The notes below the pieces were generated by a model. It was not told the DNA's origin, did no database searches, and saw only the letters and a program-made list of their open reading frames with translations. From Myxococcales bacterium (GTDB lineage: Bacteria > Myxococcota > Myxococcia > Myxococcales > 40CM-4-68-19), in assembly GCA_038231075.1 (NCBI GenBank), contig JBBRMA010000001.1:278420-342419 (forward strand): a DNA stretch of 64,000 bases. Direction: 5' to 3'. Each line of letters opens with the position of its first letter. Position 1 is the stretch's first letter. The position numbers were made by a program, and so were the translations under genes. Below are positions 55,989 to 64,000 of the stretch, in pieces.

Positions 55989-57905
55989 TCAAATCGCTTC
56001 CAGGAACTCCGCGTTGCTCGAGAACTCGTTGAGCGACTTCATCAGCCGCTCCATCGCCTCGGCGGGCTTCAACGAATAGAGAGCGCCGCGCAGCTTCTTC
56101 ACCTTCTCGCACTCGTGCTGCGAGAAGAGCTTCTCTTCCTTGCGCGTGCCGCTGGTCTGGATGTTGATGGCCGGGAAGACGCGCTTCTCGGCCAGCTGGC
56201 GGTCGAGGTTGATTTCGCTGTTTCCCGTGCCCTTGAACTCCTCGAAGATCACCTCGTCCATGCGCGAGCCGGTGTCGATGAGCGCGGTGGCGATGATGGT
56301 CAAAGAGCCGCCCTCCTCGGCGTTGCGGGCGGCGCCGAACAGGCGCTTGGGGCGCTCGAGCGCGCGTGAGTCCACGCCGCCCGAGAGGGTTCGGCCCGAG
56401 GACTCAACCTCTTTGTTATAGGCGCGCGAGAGGCGGGTGATTGAGTCCAGGAGGATCACCACGTCCTTGCCCGCTTCGACCAACCGCTTGCTGCGCTCGA
56501 GCACCATCTCGGCGACGTGCAGGTGCTCCTCGGTCGGCCGGTCCGACGAGCTGGCGAAGACCTCGGCCTTCACCGTGCGGCGGAAGTCGGTCACTTCCTC
56601 GGGACGCTCGTCCACCAAGAGGACGAACTGGATGACGTCGGGCTTGTTGATGGTGATGGCCGCGCAGATCTTCTGCAGCATGATCGTCTTGCCGGTCTTG
56701 GGCGGCGCGACGATCAGCATGCGCTGGCCCATGCCGATGGGCGCGACGATGTCGATGACGCGCGTGAGCAGCTCTTTGGGCGTCGTCTCCATGATCAGCC
56801 GGTCGTCGGGGTCCACGACCGTCAGGTTCTGGAAGGCGGTGCGGGCTGTGGCGAGGCGCGGGTCGATGCCCTCGACCAGCTCGACGCGCACCAGCTGCGG
56901 CTTGCCGTTGCGGCGCGCCGACTGGCCGACGATGAGGTGGCCGGGCCGCAGCTTCTCGCGCTCGATGAAGAACTTCGGCACCTCGACATCGTCAGGATTG
57001 CCGAGGTAGCTGCGCACCGGGTTCGGGCTGCGCAGCCGGCCGTTGCCGCGGTGATCGACGTCGAGCACGCCCTCGCACGGCGTGAGCGGCTCCTGCCGCG
57101 GCTGCTGCTGCTGCTTCTGCTGGTTCTGGCCTTGGTTCTGGTTCTGGCCTTGGTTCTGACCCTGGTTTTGGTTCTGGTTCTGGCCGCCCTGCTGCTGCTG
57201 GCCGTGGCGATTGTGCCGGTTGCGCCCGTGCTGGTTCCGCTGGTGGCCGTGCTGCTGCTGCTGGCCCCCCTGCTGCTGCTGCTGGCCTTGCTGCTGACCT
57301 TGCTGCTGGGGAGGCGGAGCGGCGCCATCCGTGGGCGCACTCTCGGCTGCGGGCGCCTCACCCGAGGGCTGCGCCGGTTGGGACGGAGCGCTCTCGGCCG
57401 CCATGGGCGCGGGCTGGCCGTCAGCGGAGGGCGCGGCCTCGGCCTTCGGCGCTTGCACCGGCGGCGGCTCGGTCACCTGCGTGTGCACGTCGGCGGCGGG
57501 CTGCGCTGAGGCCTGCTGCTGCGCGCGCTCAGGCTCCTGCGCGTCGGCGGCGGCGGCCGGGAGCGCCTGGTTGCCATCCACCCCCTCGTCGTCGCCATCG
57601 TCGGGCTGATCGTTCTCGACGTCGACGATGCGCCCCTGCGCGTCGAGCGGCGCCGCGACGGCCGGCTTGTCGCCTGCGCCCTTGCCTCGCCCGCGGCCCC
57701 TGCCTCCGCGCCGCTGCCGCCGGAAGCGCCGCCGGCCGGCGCCCTCTTGTCCTGGTGCCGGCTGCTGCGCGGGTGCGCCGTTCGGACCGGCGACGTTCCC
57801 GTTCGCCTCGTGCGCCTGCGCGCGCTGCTGGTGCGGGACCCTGGCATTGCCGGGCTCCGCCGCATCAGGACCGCTGCTCGGGGGACGCTGACCTTCCTGG
57901 CTCAT
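55989..57905 (-). CDS. rho: Transcription termination factor Rho with a ~270-aa disordered N-terminal region (RGG box plus Q/N/H-rich tract)
   Basis: C-terminal 365 aa is canonical Rho (VAPIGMGQRMLIVAPPKTGKT, LLVDERPEEVTDF, ILLDSITRLSRAYN, TALIDTGSRMDEVIFEEFKGTGNSEI). ATG 57905 (MSQEGQ) is preferred over 57956. Confidence 0.93.
   Translation of the reverse strand: MSQEGQRPPSSGPDAAEPGNARVPHQQRAQAHEANGNVAGPNGAPAQQPAPGQEGAGRRRFRRQRRGGRGRGRGKGAGDKPAVAAPLDAQGRIVDVENDQPDDGDDEGVDGNQALPAAAADAQEPERAQQQASAQPAADVHTQVTEPPPVQAPKAEAAPSADGQPAPMAAESAPSQPAQPSGEAPAAESAPTDGAAPPPQQQGQQQGQQQQQGGQQQQHGHQRNQHGRNRHNRHGQQQQGGQNQNQNQGQNQGQNQNQGQNQQKQQQQPRQEPLTPCEGVLDVDHRGNGRLRSPNPVRSYLGNPDDVEVPKFFIEREKLRPGHLIVGQSARRNGKPQLVRVELVEGIDPRLATARTAFQNLTVVDPDDRLIMETTPKELLTRVIDIVAPIGMGQRMLIVAPPKTGKTIMLQKICAAITINKPDVIQFVLLVDERPEEVTDFRRTVKAEVFASSSDRPTEEHLHVAEMVLERSKRLVEAGKDVVILLDSITRLSRAYNKEVESSGRTLSGGVDSRALERPKRLFGAARNAEEGGSLTIIATALIDTGSRMDEVIFEEFKGTGNSEINLDRQLAEKRVFPAINIQTSGTRKEEKLFSQHECEKVKKLRGALYSLKPAEAMERLMKSLNEFSSNAEFLEAI
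57100..57310 (-). repeat. Gln/Asn/Gly/His codon microsatellite-like tract inside rho
   Basis: Plus strand reads ctgctgctg / ctggttctggccttggttctgg repeats. It translates on the minus strand to QQQGQQQGQQQQQGGQQQQHGHQRNQHGRNRHNRHGQQQQGGQNQNQNQGQNQGQNQNQGQNQQKQQQQ. Confidence 0.85.
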
Positions 57906-57927
57906 CGATGTCTCCGTGGACACTGCT

Positions 57928-59811
57928 CTACCTTCCCTTGCCCTTGTTCTGTCCAAACAGCCGCGAGAGCATGCCGCCCTTGGCAGCGCGCGCCTCGTCG
58001 GTCTTGCGATTCATCCGGGCCAGCTCGCGCTGGGCCTCGGCGTGCTGCGGGTCGATCTCGAGCGACTGCGCGAAAAAGCGGCGCGCCTTGCCTTCTTCGC
58101 CGAGCGCTTCGTGGAGGACGCCCGCGAAGCAGAGCGCGCTCGCGCCCTTGGCGTCCATCCCCAGCGACTTCTCGACGTTGGCGAGCCCTTCGGCCGCCTT
58201 GCCGCGCCCGCGAAAGAGGGAGATGCCGAGGTACGCCCAGAACTCGGCCTCGGTGTGGTTCAGGGCGAGGGCCTCGCGGAAGCTGGCCTCCGCCTCTTCG
58301 TACTTGGCGTTGCGGTACTGCACCTCGCCGCGGAGGAAGATCTGCTCGGCGCGCAAGATGGCCGTGACGTCGGTCGGCAGCCCCTTCGCCTTGCGGTCCA
58401 GGAGCACGTCGTACTCAGCGCGCTTGCCCTGGTCGCTGAGCGTGGAGAAGGCCTCGGCGGCGCGGCGGAACAGATCTTCGGCGATGCGCCGGGCCGACCC
58501 GAGCTCGAGGCCCGAGAGCGAATCCGAGTGGTACTTCTTGGCCGCCGCGAAGTACGCCTGCTTGATGTCGGCCTGGCTGGCGCCGGGCGGCACGCCGAGC
58601 AGCGCGTAGTGATCGGCGTCCTTGAGCCGGTCGCGCTCGAGCATCAGGAGGCGGCGGGTGTCGGCCTCGCGGGGGCTGAAGACGCGGCCCTTGTCCTCCT
58701 CTTCGGGCCGCGCGACCTTTTCGCTCGCGAGCTGCAAGAGGCTGCTCTCGCAGAGCGCGTGCAAGAGCGGCAGCTCGGCGTCGCGCACCCGGGGCAGGAT
58801 CTCGTGCAGCGAGCGGCCCGATTGCGCCAGCGCGGTCACGCCCTCGCCCGGCCAGGTGGTGCGCATGGAGAACAGCTCGCGCTCGAGCTCGGGTCCGCGC
58901 GTCACGCGCTCGGGCGCGCGCACGGCCAGCCAGCTCCGTGCCTTTTCCAGATCGCCAAAGCGCCTGGCCCCCTCCGACACCAGCTGCACCACGCTCGTGC
59001 GCAGGTCGGGCAACGCGCTGATCTTGTCGGGGGTGAGCGGCTCGAAGCGGAAGGTGCCGTCGGTCCACGCCAGCGCGCCGAGCGAGGCCTCGAGCGTCTG
59101 CTGCCGCAGCGCGACCTTGAGCTGGTCGGGCGCGAGCACGCGCGAGGCCGCGAGCGCCTCGTGGAGCGGCACCTTGCGCTGCTTGGCGTCGGCCAAGGCG
59201 CGGTCGAACGCAGCTTGCTTGATCTGCCCGCTCGCCACTTGCGCGGCGCCCGCTGTCTCGGCCTTGACGTTTGACTGGGCGAAGCGCACCTGGCCGGACT
59301 GCAAGGTGAGCTTGCGGACGGTGGTGCCGCGGGTCAACGTCAGCGTCCCGTTCGCTTTCTGCTTGAGCAGATCGACCAGGAGCCCCGAGGGCGAGCGCGC
59401 CGAGAAGTCGCCCTCGGCCCCAGCCTCGCCGCCCTTGAGCACGCGCATCAGCGCCTCGCGCAGCTGCGCGGGCTCGAAGGGCTTGGGGAGGAACGCTGCG
59501 GGCTTCGCTTGCGCCATGAACTCCAGCGGGAGCTGTTTGTAGACGCCGCTCACGACGATGAGCGGCAGGTCCGAGCCCCAGGCCGTGCCGCGCACGGCGC
59601 GCGCCACCTGGAAGCCGTCGAGCTCGGACAGCACGACGTCGAGGATGACGCAGTCGAACGACCGCGCCTTGCCCGGCGCGGGCTCGAGCAGCTTGAGCGC
59701 CTCGGCCCCCGAGCGCGTCGAGCGCGCAGAGAGGCCAAGCTCGGCGCAGAGGCCTGCCAGCAGCCGGGCGGCGCTCTCCTCGTCTTCGACAATGAGCACG
59801 GCTTGGGACAT
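57928..59811 (-). CDS. Multidomain protein: receiver + DUF4388-like + J-domain (HSD variant) + TPR repeats
   Basis: VLIVEDEESAARLL...DCVILDVVLSELDGF...FLPKPFE (receiver). LLVDLLKQKANGTLTLTRGTTVRKLTLQSGQVRFAQSN (DUF4388-like). DHYALLGVPPGASQADIKQAYFAAAKKYHSDSL (J-domain). TPR-like C-terminus. ATG 59811 (TTG 59817 is listed). Confidence 0.85.
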   Translation of the reverse strand: MSQAVLIVEDEESAARLLAGLCAELGLSARSTRSGAEALKLLEPAPGKARSFDCVILDVVLSELDGFQVARAVRGTAWGSDLPLIVVSGVYKQLPLEFMAQAKPAAFLPKPFEPAQLREALMRVLKGGEAGAEGDFSARSPSGLLVDLLKQKANGTLTLTRGTTVRKLTLQSGQVRFAQSNVKAETAGAAQVASGQIKQAAFDRALADAKQRKVPLHEALAASRVLAPDQLKVALRQQTLEASLGALAWTDGTFRFEPLTPDKISALPDLRTSVVQLVSEGARRFGDLEKARSWLAVRAPERVTRGPELERELFSMRTTWPGEGVTALAQSGRSLHEILPRVRDAELPLLHALCESSLLQLASEKVARPEEEDKGRVFSPREADTRRLLMLERDRLKDADHYALLGVPPGASQADIKQAYFAAAKKYHSDSLSGLELGSARRIAEDLFRRAAEAFSTLSDQGKRAEYDVLLDRKAKGLPTDVTAILRAEQIFLRGEVQYRNAKYEEAEASFREALALNHTEAEFWAYLGISLFRGRGKAAEGLANVEKSLGMDAKGASALCFAGVLHEALGEEGKARRFFAQSLEIDPQHAEAQRELARMNRKTDEARAAKGGMLSRLFGQNKGKGR

Positions 59812-59893
59812 CGACAACCCGGGCCGCCACGGAGGCCGGCCAGCTTCTTTCTTCAGCCTCGGGCAGCGCCCGGGCAGGTTCGATGCGGCTTCA

Positions 59894-62458
59894 TCACCGC
59901 ACCTCGATCACGTAAGGCAGCACGGCCCGCACGGTGCCGGGCTCGCCGAGAAGCGACACTGCGCGCAGCGCTCGCACGGCCTCGCGCCTGGGCACTCCGC
60001 CGAGCGCCGCTCCGAAGAGCTGCGCCGGACCCACCGCGGCCGCCGCGAGCTGGCTGAGCTCGAGGGCCTCGGCGCGTCCGTGGTCATCCACTTCGAGCTC
60101 GTCACCCGCGTGCAGTCCGGCGCGGGCGGCGGCCGAGGCGATGGCGTCTTCCAGCCCGCCGAGCTTGTCGACGAGGCCCTGTTCCTGCGCCTGCTGCCCC
60201 GACCAGACGCGCCCGCGGCCAACCTTGTCCACCTGCTCGGGCGTCAGCTTCCGACCTTCGGCCACGCGGGCCACGAACTGCTCGTAGAACGAGTCGACCC
60301 ACGCCTGCAGCGTCTTGCGCTCGGCGTCCGTGCTCGGCCGCGTGGTGCCGAGCAGGTCCGCCGACTGGCCGCGCTTGACCGTCTCGAAGTGCAGGCCGAG
60401 CTTTTCGTACAGCTCGCTGGCGTCGATCTTGGCGGAGAAGACGCCGATCGAGCCCGTGATCGTCGAGGGCTCGGCGAAGATCTCGTCGCACCCTACGGCC
60501 ACGTAGTATCCGCCGCTGGCGGCGACATCTCCCATGCTGGCCACCACCGGCTTGTGCTTCTCCTTGCGCGCCCTCTGCAGCTCGCGCCAGATCAGGTCCG
60601 AGGCGTTCCCGTCGCCGCCGGGCGAGTCGATCCGCACCACGATGGCCCTCACGCGCGGGTCGTCGGCGGCGCGGCGGATCTGCTTGACCACCGAGTCGCT
60701 CCCGACGCTGGCCATGAGGCCGAGCACGTCGCCCTGGCTGGCGCCGGACGAGATCGTCCCCTCGACGCGGATGAGCGCGATGCGCGGCAGGGAGCCCCAG
60801 CGCACCTTTCGCTCGTTGCCACCCGGCAGCGAGACTTCCCTCAGCGGAACTTTCTTGCCCAGAGCTTTTGCGACCTCCTCCTCGAGCTCACCGGGATATC
60901 CGAGCGCGTCGAAGAGCCCACCGTTCACTGCCTCTTGCGGCCGCAGGATGCCGCGGTCCAAGAGCCCCTTCAGCTTCCCTTCCTCGAGGTGCCGCCGGCC
61001 CGCGACCTCGCGGACAAACCGGCCGTACACGTCGTCGAGCAGAGCGTTCTGCACCTCGCGCTGCTCGGCCGACATGTCCTGGCGGGTGAAGGTGTCGGGC
61101 GCGTTCTTGTATGCGCCGACGCGGACGAACTCCGCCTTCACGCCCAGCTTGTGCAGGCCTTCAGCAGCAAAGAGCGCCGTCGCCGAGAATCCGTTGATCG
61201 TCAAGCCCGCCTGTGGGGCGGTGAGGATTCGATCAGCAGCGGTAGCGACATAGTATTCGAGGTCGCCGCCACTTTCCAGAAAGAAGAGCACGTACTTGCC
61301 GGCCAGGCGCAATCCCTCGATTCCCTTGCGAAGTTCGTCGGCCTTGCCCATCCCGCCCGGCATCCCCGACGAGGTCAGGACCACCGCCGCCACCGAGTCG
61401 TCCATCGCCAGCTTGTGGAGCGCGGCCAGCGTCTCTGCGTGAGGGTCCCGTTGGGTGCCGCCGAGCACGAGCGACCAGAGGCTGCGGGGCGCGGGGTTCA
61501 GCGTCTCGTCGAGCTTGACCAGCGCTGCATGGCGCATCGAGGGGCTCGGCCAGGCCTCGCTCGACAGGCGCACGCGCAGGCTGCCTTGGGAGCCGGAGAG
61601 CGGGTTCACGGCTTGTGAATAGGCGACACCGAGGTGGCCGAGGTCGAAGGAGACGCCGACCTGGCCGCTCCAGCGGTCAAAGGTGGTGTCGCGGAAGACC
61701 TGGCCGAGGACGTGGACGGTCTTGCTGACCAGGACGTCGCCGGTGAAGCGCACGCCGAGCCCCGCGCCGCAGCGGGAGAAGCGGCTCGGGGGAAAGGTTG
61801 CCGCCTCGCCCTGGTCGCACTTGCTGGCGATGGCGTCGGCGCCGAGGGTGACCCGTTCGCCCAGCGGCCGCACGCCGACGCCGAGGACGAAGCGCGGGTT
61901 CAGGTCGGTGAGGCCCAGGCGCGGCGTGTCCACGCCGAGCACCGAGAAGGCGAAGGAGAGCGCGCGCAGCGGCCGGAACGTCAGGCCGAGGTCCCAAGCG
62001 GCGAAGCCGTCGTAGGAGGTGCCGGGCGTGGCCGACCAGGTGTGGCGCACCACTCCGACGCCGAGGTTTCCCAGGCGCAGCGCGGCTCCGTACCCCATGC
62101 GGTGCGTGCGCGAGTCGTTGCAGAACAGGGCAGGCGCGGCGCAGGGGAGGGACCCCATCCATTCAGTAGAGATGCCGAGCACCAGCGGGCCGGCGCCCGC
62201 GGAGACGAAGAGACCGTCGCCGCTCTGGCCCACGGCCGAGAAGGACTGCGCGCGCACGTACTCGAACTCCAGCGCCCGCGCGAAGGCGAGACCCCCGGGG
62301 GAGGACGAGAGCGCCGTGGCCTCGTCGTCGAGGGCGGACGAATCGACCACCAGCGGGATCCCCGCGCTGGGCGCGGTCGGGAAGCTCTGGGCCCAGGCGG
62401 CGCCGGCGAACAAGAGCGAGAGCGCGGCTGCCCGACTGGCGGCTCGATGACAGGTCAT
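59894..62458 (-). CDS. sppA: Signal peptide peptidase SppA (67K type, tandem S49 domains) with an extra ~300-aa N-terminal beta-rich domain
   Basis: RVRAIVVRIDSPGGDGNASD...VVASMGDVAASGGYYVAVGCDEIFAEPSTITGSIGV (catalytic Ser context) plus a degenerate first S49 domain. Signal peptide AAALSLLFAGAAWAQ. ATG 62458 was chosen within ORF 59894..63265. Confidence 0.85.
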   Translation of the reverse strand: MTCHRAASRAAALSLLFAGAAWAQSFPTAPSAGIPLVVDSSALDDEATALSSSPGGLAFARALEFEYVRAQSFSAVGQSGDGLFVSAGAGPLVLGISTEWMGSLPCAAPALFCNDSRTHRMGYGAALRLGNLGVGVVRHTWSATPGTSYDGFAAWDLGLTFRPLRALSFAFSVLGVDTPRLGLTDLNPRFVLGVGVRPLGERVTLGADAIASKCDQGEAATFPPSRFSRCGAGLGVRFTGDVLVSKTVHVLGQVFRDTTFDRWSGQVGVSFDLGHLGVAYSQAVNPLSGSQGSLRVRLSSEAWPSPSMRHAALVKLDETLNPAPRSLWSLVLGGTQRDPHAETLAALHKLAMDDSVAAVVLTSSGMPGGMGKADELRKGIEGLRLAGKYVLFFLESGGDLEYYVATAADRILTAPQAGLTINGFSATALFAAEGLHKLGVKAEFVRVGAYKNAPDTFTRQDMSAEQREVQNALLDDVYGRFVREVAGRRHLEEGKLKGLLDRGILRPQEAVNGGLFDALGYPGELEEEVAKALGKKVPLREVSLPGGNERKVRWGSLPRIALIRVEGTISSGASQGDVLGLMASVGSDSVVKQIRRAADDPRVRAIVVRIDSPGGDGNASDLIWRELQRARKEKHKPVVASMGDVAASGGYYVAVGCDEIFAEPSTITGSIGVFSAKIDASELYEKLGLHFETVKRGQSADLLGTTRPSTDAERKTLQAWVDSFYEQFVARVAEGRKLTPEQVDKVGRGRVWSGQQAQEQGLVDKLGGLEDAIASAAARAGLHAGDELEVDDHGRAEALELSQLAAAAVGPAQLFGAALGGVPRREAVRALRAVSLLGEPGTVRAVLPYVIEVR

Positions 62459-62539
62459 GTTGGGCTCCTGCACGGCGGGTTCTGATCGCGCTAATGTCCG
62501 GCCGCGGGCGCTCACATAGCGCAAGCGCATCCGGAGGGC

Positions 62540-64000
62540 ATGGAAATGATGGACGCCAAGCTGATCCGAAACGTTGCCGTCATCGCCCACGACGGCGCAG
62601 GCAAGACCGCCCTGACCGAGGCGCTGCTGCGCCACGACGCTCCTTCGCGCGCGAGCAAGGATGGCTCTACCAGCCACCTCGACGTCGACCCCGAAGAGGC
62701 CAAGCGCAACTTCACCGTGGCCACGCACGTGACCTACGCCGAGCACGAAGGCGTGCACATGAACCTGCTCGACGCGCCGGGGTTCTCCGATTTCCTCACC
62801 GACGCCGATCGGGCGCTCGCGGTCGCCGACGGCGGCCTCTTGATGGTGTCGGCCGTCAGCGGCGTGAAGCACCAGACCGAGGCCCACTGGGAGATGGCGG
62901 CCGAGCGCTCGCTGCCCCTGCTCGCCTGCGTCAACAAGCTCGACAAGGACCGGGCCAGCTTCTTGCGCGCGCTCGACGACATGGAGAAGACGCTGGGGGC
63001 CAAGCCCATCGCGCTCCAGCTGCCGATCGGCCTCGGCGACGGCTTCACCGGCGTCGTCGATCTCGTCACCATGCGCGCGCACATGTACGCGAGGCGCGCG
63101 GACGGAAAATTCGGCGGCTACGTGGACGAGCCGGTGCCCGACATCATCCAGGCCGAGGCCAGGCGGCTGCGCTCGCGGCTGGTGGAGGCCGTCTGCGAGA
63201 CCGACGACCTGCTCCTCGAGAAGTACCTCGACGGCATGGAGCCCGACGAGGAGCGGATGAAGCAAGCCATCGCCTCGGCGGTGCTGGGGCGCCGCTTCAT
63301 GCCCGTGGTCGCCTGCGCCGCGCGCGCGGGGGTCGGCGTGCGCGACGTGGCGAGCGCCATCGTCAGCTACCTGCCGTCGCCGCTCTCGCGCCAGGAGCTG
63401 GTCGGCACCGACGCCAAAGGCGGCTCACGAGTGGCGAAGTGCGGCCCCGACGCGCCCACCTTGATGATCGCCTTTCGCAACACCGTCGATCACTTCATCG
63501 GCCGCCTGACCGCGTTCCGCCTCTTCGCCGGCTCGATCAAGCACGGCACGCACCTCTTGAACCCGCGCACGGGCCACGTCGAGACGGTGCAGCACCTCTA
63601 CAGGCTGGACGGAAATCGACACCAGGAGCTGACCGCGGCCGGCGCCGGCGACATCATCGGGCTGATGAAGCTGAAGGACCAGATCCACGTCGGCGACACG
63701 CTCTGCGCCCCTGAGTCGCCGCTGCGGCTCTCGCTCATCGGCGAGCCCAAGCGGGTCATCGCCTACGCGCTCAAGATCGACCGCGACCAAGAGGAGAAGG
63801 CGGGCGTCGCGCTGCACAAGCTGCTCGAGGAGGACCCGTCGCTCGAGCTGGTGCGCGACCCGGAGACCGGCGAGACCCTGTTGAAGGGCATGGGCCAGGT
63901 GCACGTCGAGGTGGCGGTCGAGAAGCTCAAGCGCAAGTTCGACGTCGAGGTGCACCTCGAGCTGCCGCACCCGGCCTATCACGAGACCATCTCGCAGAGC
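62540..64000 (+). CDS. Elongation factor G-like translational GTPase (paralogue); 3' end lies outside the window
   Basis: GGAGGG at 62533-38 upstream of ATG 62540. MEMMDAKLIRNVAVIAHDGAGKTALTEALL (G1), LLDAPGFSDF (G3), VNKLD (G4), and domain II LMIAFRNTVDHFIGRLTAFRLFAGSIKHGT. The frame stays open to nt 64000. The ORF is missing from the ORF track because it has no stop in the window. Confidence 0.85.
   Translation, partial: MEMMDAKLIRNVAVIAHDGAGKTALTEALLRHDAPSRASKDGSTSHLDVDPEEAKRNFTVATHVTYAEHEGVHMNLLDAPGFSDFLTDADRALAVADGGLLMVSAVSGVKHQTEAHWEMAAERSLPLLACVNKLDKDRASFLRALDDMEKTLGAKPIALQLPIGLGDGFTGVVDLVTMRAHMYARRADGKFGGYVDEPVPDIIQAEARRLRSRLVEAVCETDDLLLEKYLDGMEPDEERMKQAIASAVLGRRFMPVVACAARAGVGVRDVASAIVSYLPSPLSRQELVGTDAKGGSRVAKCGPDAPTLMIAFRNTVDHFIGRLTAFRLFAGSIKHGTHLLNPRTGHVETVQHLYRLDGNRHQELTAAGAGDIIGLMKLKDQIHVGDTLCAPESPLRLSLIGEPKRVIAYALKIDRDQEEKAGVALHKLLEEDPSLELVRDPETGETLLKGMGQVHVEVAVEKLKRKFDVEVHLELPHPAYHETISQS

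Noticed and set aside
59558-61618. 686-aa plus-strand ORF opposite sppA, and 62494..63714 (+) out of frame with the EF-G-like gene
   Set aside because: No motifs are present. The sppA and EF-G frames carry catalytic and GTPase motifs.

Overview
The window is very GC-rich, with codon third positions almost all G/C. Most listed ORFs are therefore antisense or off-frame artefacts. I kept only frames with recognisable protein motifs, export signals or sensible start contexts. The gene content looks like Myxococcota, but that is inference from DUF4388, FHA, Tad-like, PSCyt/DUF1552-type genes and Asp-Ala-Gly lipoprotein linkers.

Housekeeping blocks:
- xseA-xseB, a response regulator and tlyA
- dnaB
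- spoVG-prs-rplY-pth-rpsF-rpsR-rplI (minus strand)
- rimP-nusA-ylxR-infB-DUF503-rbfA-DHH phosphoesterase-truB-PPTase
- rho
- sppA
- an EF-G paralogue running off the right edge

Accessory regions:
1. nt 1-12266 is a signalling and envelope cluster. It holds an MshEN-type protein, an HD-GYP protein, an ECF sigma/anti-sigma pair, cpaB-tadB-tadC and two FHA proteins. There is no ATPase, secretin or pilin in the window.
2. nt 19606-33818 (minus strand) is a six-gene, translationally coupled cluster in which every product is exported. It is my best candidate for an undescribed system. It encodes a CxxCH lipoprotein, an HXXSHH-like Tat protein, a 2812-aa lipoprotein with about 26 tandem ~88-aa repeats and a beta-propeller-like tail, a fused double-Rieske Tat lipoprotein, a beta-barrel, and a PSCyt1-like lipoprotein.
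3. nt 14488-14677 is a 190-nt highly structured element that exactly fills the intergenic gap upstream of tlyA. It is either a 6S-like RNA or a TA-flanked MITE.

Other points of interest are a Rho that lacks the usual N-terminal bundle and carries an RGG plus Q/N-rich tail, RGG-like extensions on S6 and S18, a receiver-DUF4388-J(HSD)-TPR protein, and a small secreted protein overlapping a possible immunity gene. I saw no rRNA, tRNA, CRISPR array, transposase or integrase.
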